The notes beneath the pieces were generated by a model that had not been told where the DNA came from, ran no database searches, and worked only from the letters and a program-made list of their open reading frames with translations. Made by a program: the position numbers and the translations under genes. DNA of 62,915 nt, the filler included. It is 3 parts of 3 records of this genome, joined end to end, with 100 filler letters (N's around TTAATTAATTAA, not from the genome) between each part and the next. Parts side by side here need not be neighbours in the genome. Positions count along the whole stretch, not along the records: positions 49,030 to 62,915 come from SRR31156797_1614; 2 more parts are not named here. One strand, given 5' to 3'. Shown piece after piece: positions 59,101 through 62,915 of this stretch (the first letter of the stretch is position 1; the number at the start of each line of letters is the position of its first letter).

Positions 59101-60436
59101 CCGGCTCAGGTTACGTTCCATGGTGGAGTCCCTGGAAAAAGCCCCCGCCATAAAACTTCAGGAACAATATCCATTGGAACAAACAGAAGGATTAAAACGG
59201 CCCCCTTTTGTCCGGTTCGGCTATTCAGACAGAGACCGGACCATTTTGGCCCCGTTTTTTTCAGAAGATTACGCCCCTTATCTACCCGGTATTTTTAAGG
59301 GCATGGGATATAATCTTAAGCTATTGCCGCCACCGGATCGCGAATCCGTGGAACTGGGCTTAAAATACGCCAACAACGATATCTGCTATCCTGGAACCAT
59401 TGTGATTGGAGATGTGATTAAAGCACTGCAGAAAAACAATTACCGGGCCGACCGGATTGCCGTCGGGATCACCCAGACCGGCGGCCAGTGCCGGGCCTCC
59501 AATTACCTAAGCCTGATTCGAAAAGCCATGATCTCATCAGGTTTTGAAGATATTCCTATTATCTCTGTGGTGATGGCCGGAGAAAGCCAGGTGAATCAGC
59601 CCGGGTTTAAAATCAACTGGCTGGGCCGGTTTCTGCCGCTTTGCATCGGCATCATGGTGGCCGACTGCCTTGCCCGCATGTATTATGCCATGGCTTCCCG
59701 TGAAAAAGAATCCGGGCAAAGCCTGAAATCCAGGTACTATTATGAAAAAAAACTGGGCCGTATCATTGCATCCCCTGACAGTGGCAAAATGATGAAGCTT
59801 TTAGAAAAAGCTGTCAGCGATTTCAACCGGATTCCGGTTGCCTGCAAGGATATCCCAAGGATAGGCATTGTGGGAGAAATTTATGCTAAATATAATCATT
59901 TTGGCAACCAGAGACTTGCCAACTGGCTGATCCGGCAGGGCATTGAGCCGGTCCTGCCGCCGCTTATAAATTATTTTATCCAGGATCTTGTCAACTACAA
60001 AGAAAACATACGGCTCGGAATTCGTAACCGGAAAGTTTCTGATTTGCTGGGACTTCCCATTGAACAGTTGATTATGGCCGGCCACCGGAAAATCCAACGG
60101 ATTTTTTCACAATTTAAATTTTCAATGCCTTTTGACGACATCCGGGACATTGCCCGTCATGCCTCTCAAATTTTGAGCATGTCCAACCAATTTGGAGAAG
60201 GTTGGCTGATCCCCGGCGAAATTGCCGGACTGGCCCGTCAAAATGTAAATCATGTAATCTCTGTGCAGCCCTTTGGCTGCATTGCCAACCATATTATTTC
60301 AAAAGGGGTGGAAACGCGCATTAAAAAACAGTATCCGGACATGAATCTGTTCCATCTGGACTTTGATCCGGGCATGAGTGAAGCCAATGTCAGAAACCGG
60401 CTTCATTTCATGATCGAACATCTTTCATGTTTATAA
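56141..60436 (+). CDS. Fused 2-hydroxyacyl-CoA dehydratase activase-related protein (two BcrAD/BadFG ATPase domains plus DUF2229/dehydratase-like regions)
   Basis: GLDIGSTT and GVDSGSTT, DIGGEDSK and DIGGQDMK, CAGGTG and CSSGCG, CFPAK, SFGCGPD, QPFGCIANH. Confidence 0.87.
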   Translation: MISFKIYRAGLDIGSTTAKIVVLDDAGDLIFSNYQRHHAQVYKTVPSFFRQIETRFPEARLDLKLTGSVALGAADKTGLPFVQEVIAAHTLVQARYPQVQTAIDIGGEDSKIIFFEPDRPPDIRMNESCAGGTGSFIDQMATLMNISPSRLNDLAAGFGHIYPVASRCGVFAKTDVQNMFSRNIPHTDIAASIFHAVAIQCINALARGRTIRPEILLCGGVFTYLPELVNTFLRVLNFSRDQMVMPAHAQLIPALGAALFDRHPVNPRPVKDLIALLESRQGRTKAHKHRMPPLFDSQAAFRQWEKTVGIAKVPACPLARYQGDICFLGVDSGSTTTKIVVIGEDNQLLFSWYENNSGNPVETVIKGLSLFRNAVAALVPDTKPDLKIARTAVTGYGEDLIRAALNMDQGIVETLAHYTAARSVDADVSFILDIGGQDMKAIFVKNGAISRIEVNEACSSGCGSFLETLAKSLDCSIEKFADMACRASAPCDLGTRCTVFMNSKIKQSLRENARVADISAGLSYSVIKNCLFKVLKLKSMSEIGDHIVLQGGTFKNLSIVRAMEQMTGKTVATTQIPELMGAFGAALSARRAYVDLKMPDTDFPGLAGLAQAGRYTTGQMNCKGCENTCRITRFDFSNGKTFFAGNKCEKHFSAQGEKKRKGFDFAAYKTHTFFNRPLAPHKSPQLTLGIPRVLNMYDNFVFWHALFTACDINIRLSGSSTMKMSEKGLGTVMSDNICFPAKLVHGHIQDLADQQVDRIFFPMVVYEKKQFKGEINTYNCPVVASYPDVIESAVSPLERFGIPLDRPVVAFHDERLLEKACARYLLDLGIPKKRIRPAFKNACRAQDTFHAQIREKAKAVIETAQREKSLLIVLAGRPYHLDSLINHKLPEILTRLGADIITEDVVPENPEALAGVQVVTQWSYPNRIYNAARWVADQPRHIQMVQINSFGCGPDAVVVDEVREILKTGGKNHTLIKVDEISNPGSIRLRLRSMVESLEKAPAIKLQEQYPLEQTEGLKRPPFVRFGYSDRDRTILAPFFSEDYAPYLPGIFKGMGYNLKLLPPPDRESVELGLKYANNDICYPGTIVIGDVIKALQKNNYRADRIAVGITQTGGQCRASNYLSLIRKAMISSGFEDIPIISVVMAGESQVNQPGFKINWLGRFLPLCIGIMVADCLARMYYAMASREKESGQSLKSRYYYEKKLGRIIASPDSGKMMKLLEKAVSDFNRIPVACKDIPRIGIVGEIYAKYNHFGNQRLANWLIRQGIEPVLPPLINYFIQDLVNYKENIRLGIRNRKVSDLLGLPIEQLIMAGHRKIQRIFSQFKFSMPFDDIRDIARHASQILSMSNQFGEGWLIPGEIAGLARQNVNHVISVQPFGCIANHIISKGVETRIKKQYPDMNLFHLDFDPGMSEANVRNRLHFMIEHLSCL

Positions 60437-60547
60437 TATCCGGTCGGGCACTAGTTATAGCCGTCCAAACATCTATATTTTATGAAGCGTCAACGGTTCA
60501 CGCCCTTCTGTCTCCAGTTCCGTGTTGAAATTCATGGAGACTTTTAA

Positions 60548-60800
60548 TTAATGATTAGTCAGGACATCAATTTTTTGGATCAAATAATCATTAAAAAAAG
60601 CATGAGACCATAGGCTCAGTTCATCCTTTTGGCCTGAAGTTTTTAAGAATGGTTCAACATCTCTTTTGGCCAGGGCAAAATTAATCTCCTTACTCTTTTT
60701 CGATATCAATTCTACAAGTTTTTCTTTGTTCAACACCTCTGACAAAACAATATGGCCTGTTTGTACCATCTTATTCTTTAGATAATACAAGTTCAACGGC
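60548..60800 (-). pseudogene. C-terminal fragment of an AbiEii-like nucleotidyltransferase toxin
   Basis: PLNL.YL..KM.QTGH...INF..AKRDVEPFL....LSLWS..FF resembles AbiEii C-termini; no N-terminal catalytic domain. Confidence 0.55.
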
Positions 60801-60817
60801 CCGCCCGCGTGTGTCCA

Positions 60818-60868
60818 GGTGAACTTTGAACATCTGCGGTTTATCCGTCAGCATGTTCGTTGTTAAAA
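60818..60868 (-). mobile_element. attC-like integron recombination site downstream of hipA
   Basis: Minus strand TTTTAAC-AACGA-ACATGCTGACGG-ATAAA-CCGCAGATGT-TCAAA-GTTCACC: AAC/GTT core ends and a stem with two unpaired bases on one arm. Confidence 0.6.
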
Positions 60869-60910
60869 AACACTTTAAGCATGGTCAAACGTAGACTTGC
60901 CCCGGTGCAA

Positions 60911-62170
60911 TTATAGTTCAACCGAATAAGGGTTTAAAAACTGCCGTTTCCAAAGAAGCTTTTTGTCCACCTCATTTAACCCGGCTTCTTTACAGGCTGT
61001 TTCCCAATGCTGTTCGATCGCGGTAATCTGGTGATGGAATATGCTACGGGCCTCTTCTTTAGTTAGAAGGAAATTGTGCGCAGTCTCTAAGCATGACTTG
61101 AGCCTGCTCAGATTGTTCTCACCATACACTCGCATGGCTTGTGAAGCCTCATTGCCTGTGCGGCCTTGTGGACAAATATCATAAGCAGGTGTCAGTGTCA
61201 GCTCGGCGCCGTCCCAGAAGGCTGCATGGTTTCGTGCGTGATCGTCGGTGTTTCCGCATAGAATATTGAAAACAAGCCGGGAGAACATCTCTTTAAGTGT
61301 CGACCTTGGCTTGGTAAAACGGTGGCGGATAATTTCAGATAAGGTTTCATAGCTGGCGTAACGCGCCATCATGTCATCTAAAGCAAACAGCGTCAGGGCC
61401 GAAACCATCGCCTTGCGAGTCCACTTGCCAGCTTTTGGTTCGCGATCGAAGCGCTCGATCAGAAGAACCTCCCTGTTTGCAGCTTTTTTCAATGCTACGG
61501 GTGCGACATCCAACCCTGCCAATTCAGCTAACCGCATGGCAATGTACTCGGCTTTCACGACGCTGTACAGATCTGTGCTGGATGAAAATTTGGCCACGTA
61601 TTTTATACCGCCTTCTTCAACCAGGGCTTTCGGACGAGCCCCACCTATGGAGCTGCCATGAAAAAGCGCCTGATCCAACTCCGGAGTGAGTGGAATTCCC
61701 TGCTCAACTCTTTCTGCAGATGCAATCAACTCTTCCATGCTGACATTATTTACATTACGCGGCACATACTCTGTAGGAGACTGTTGAAAATCCAGCGCAC
61801 CAATTCGATCTGATCCAGACTCAAGCAGGTACGTCAATTCATCTAAATCAGCGGTATCCGTGTTAGCGCCTTTCAGTCCTAATTTTTTGTTGATAATCAC
61901 ACGTCTTCCCCAGGCATCAGGTGCCGCATCCCTGATACAGCCTGGCATCGTCAAACCCTGGAGCAAAGGCAACAATCCAGCTCTTAGCGGCAATTCGGGT
62001 TCGTAAATTGCAATTGCGGGCTTGCGGGCATTGATACGCTCCAAGTAGCTTTTACCATAGTTGAACATGATATTACTGTTGTCAGCTTCAAGACGCCCAG
62101 CCACAACCGGTTCGGTTTCACTGGGGAGCCAGATCCAAACAAAGACTTCTTTTCCTGCCCTAGAAGTCAT
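60911..62170 (-). CDS. hipA: HipA-family kinase toxin
   Basis: GSSIGGARPK, LLIERFDR, NTDDHARNH, LTPAYD. Confidence 0.92.
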   Translation of the reverse strand: MTSRAGKEVFVWIWLPSETEPVVAGRLEADNSNIMFNYGKSYLERINARKPAIAIYEPELPLRAGLLPLLQGLTMPGCIRDAAPDAWGRRVIINKKLGLKGANTDTADLDELTYLLESGSDRIGALDFQQSPTEYVPRNVNNVSMEELIASAERVEQGIPLTPELDQALFHGSSIGGARPKALVEEGGIKYVAKFSSSTDLYSVVKAEYIAMRLAELAGLDVAPVALKKAANREVLLIERFDREPKAGKWTRKAMVSALTLFALDDMMARYASYETLSEIIRHRFTKPRSTLKEMFSRLVFNILCGNTDDHARNHAAFWDGAELTLTPAYDICPQGRTGNEASQAMRVYGENNLSRLKSCLETAHNFLLTKEEARSIFHHQITAIEQHWETACKEAGLNEVDKKLLWKRQFLNPYSVEL

Positions 62171-62498
62171 CGTTCACCTTTTTCGACTTTTTGCGAACAG
62201 ACTTTGGCATGAGCGCCAGCTTTTCCTTTGTGTGACGAAGTTGTTGGGTCAAAGCGCTTCCATCAGCCTCAAACAGCTTGATGCCGAGAATGGTTGCCAC
62301 TTCGAAAACGGCTCCAATTTCACATTTGAGGTTTCCTTTTTCAATGCGTTGCAGCAGGCCTCTGGAAATACCAGCACGATCCGCCAATTCTTGAGCAGTA
62401 AGTTTACGCTCATTACGTGCTTCTCGGATAAACACGCCGAGCAAGGCTGCTGCATCTTTGCTATACTGTGAGTAGGTGCGTGTAATAGACTTTGGCAT
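62160..62498 (-). CDS. hipB: HipB-like XRE/HTH antitoxin
   Basis: IREAR..RKLT.QELADRAGISR..L.RIEKG; overlaps the hipA start. Confidence 0.8.
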   Translation of the reverse strand: MPKSITRTYSQYSKDAAALLGVFIREARNERKLTAQELADRAGISRGLLQRIEKGNLKCEIGAVFEVATILGIKLFEADGSALTQQLRHTKEKLALMPKSVRKKSKKVNDDF

Positions 62499-62509
62499 CT
62501 CTTCCTTTT

Positions 62510-62643
62510 GGTTTATATATAGATCATAATATGGTTATACGTTCTTTTTATAGACCAAGACTATTATGTTTAAATCAGCTTGTCAAATGGCATTTTGATC
62601 TATATATAAACCTTGTGCTAACGTTGTGGTCTATATATAAGAC
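62510..62643. promoter_or_regulatory. Four palindromic operator-like sites (consensus GGTCTATATATAGACC) upstream of hipB
   Basis: Sites at 62510-62525, 62541-62556, 62597-62612 and 62628-62643; sites 1 and 3 are exact reverse complements. Confidence 0.7.
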
Positions 62644-62679
62644 ATCATTTATCGTTGACTTGTAAAAAAATTAAGACGA

Positions 62680-62730
62680 GTTTAATATTGAGCTCATCGG
62701 CCATAGGCCGCGTGCAGCGGTTTGTTCGTC
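62680..62730 (-). mobile_element. Decayed attC-like site upstream of hipBA
   Basis: Minus strand GACGAAC-AAACC-GCTGCAC-GCGGCC-TAT-GGCCG-ATGAGC-TCAAT-ATTAAAC; R' has GTT changed to ATT. Confidence 0.6.
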
Positions 62731-62876
62731 ATCTGCATGCCATCGTATCTGATGGGTGTTTTCAGGATAACGGTGATTTTTATATGGCACCTGGATTGTT
62801 TTTGGAAAACCTGGAAGAAATTTTTCAGTATGAAGTGCTCAAGGTGCTAAAGTTTCTTATCCAACAGCCGCTCTGA
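62731..62876 (+). pseudogene. IS91-family (Y2/HUH) transposase fragment
   Basis: HLHAIVSDGCF...LEEIFQYEVLK resembles the HUH region of IS91-type transposases; no N-terminus. Confidence 0.6.
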
Positions 62877-62899
62877 CACCGAGGCCCCAGCTGGCCACG

Positions 62900-62915
62900 C
62901 CCCAACATGTTGGGG
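62900..62915. repeat. Palindrome truncated by the window end
   Basis: ccccaacatgttgggg preceded by ggccacg; shares the CAACATGTTG core with 49030-49057. Confidence 0.7.

Noticed and set aside
60883-60903. Imperfect palindrome ggtcaaacgtagacttgccc after hipA
   Set aside because: Single, short and imperfect; it cannot be assigned as a terminator or repeat from this window.

Overview
This window is not one genomic locus. It is three unrelated contigs joined by artificial 100-bp spacers (44 N + TTAATTAATTAA + 44 N, at 25950-26049 and 48930-49029). Segment 1 (1-25949) looks like a Desulfovibrionaceae chromosome. It carries tsaC, a GT2 glycosyltransferase, trmH, a chemotaxis-like trio with a split CheA, cbiK, a RACo/ASKHA activator, an Rsm22-family methyltransferase, lipB-lipA, a four-gene signalling module, a DUF4198 gene with a probable Fur box, a RimK-like ATP-grasp cluster, and an AT-rich polyprenyl synthase/membrane protein/MFS islet. 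Segment 2 (26050-48929) is from a methanogenic archaeon, probably Methanosarcinaceae (mtd, tgtA). It carries a PKD/double-deacetylase surface protein, a coupled eanB-eanA(egtD)-sufS-sufE operon (anaerobic ergothioneine synthesis), an AT-rich HEPN gene, and a UbiA prenyltransferase/atypical geranylgeranyl-reductase-like/radical SAM operon that is a candidate prenyl-cofactor (possibly methanophenazine) pathway. It also has serB, a larB relic and a purine-related region with stand-alone Cache lipoproteins. Segment 3 (49030-62915) looks Desulfobacteraceae-like. It carries a MarR-RND efflux operon, a large acyl-CoA dehydratase activase fusion, and a hipBA module flanked by two 51-bp attC-like sites, with AbiEii and IS91 fragments next to it. 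All taxonomic and functional calls come from motif recognition only; no searches were run.
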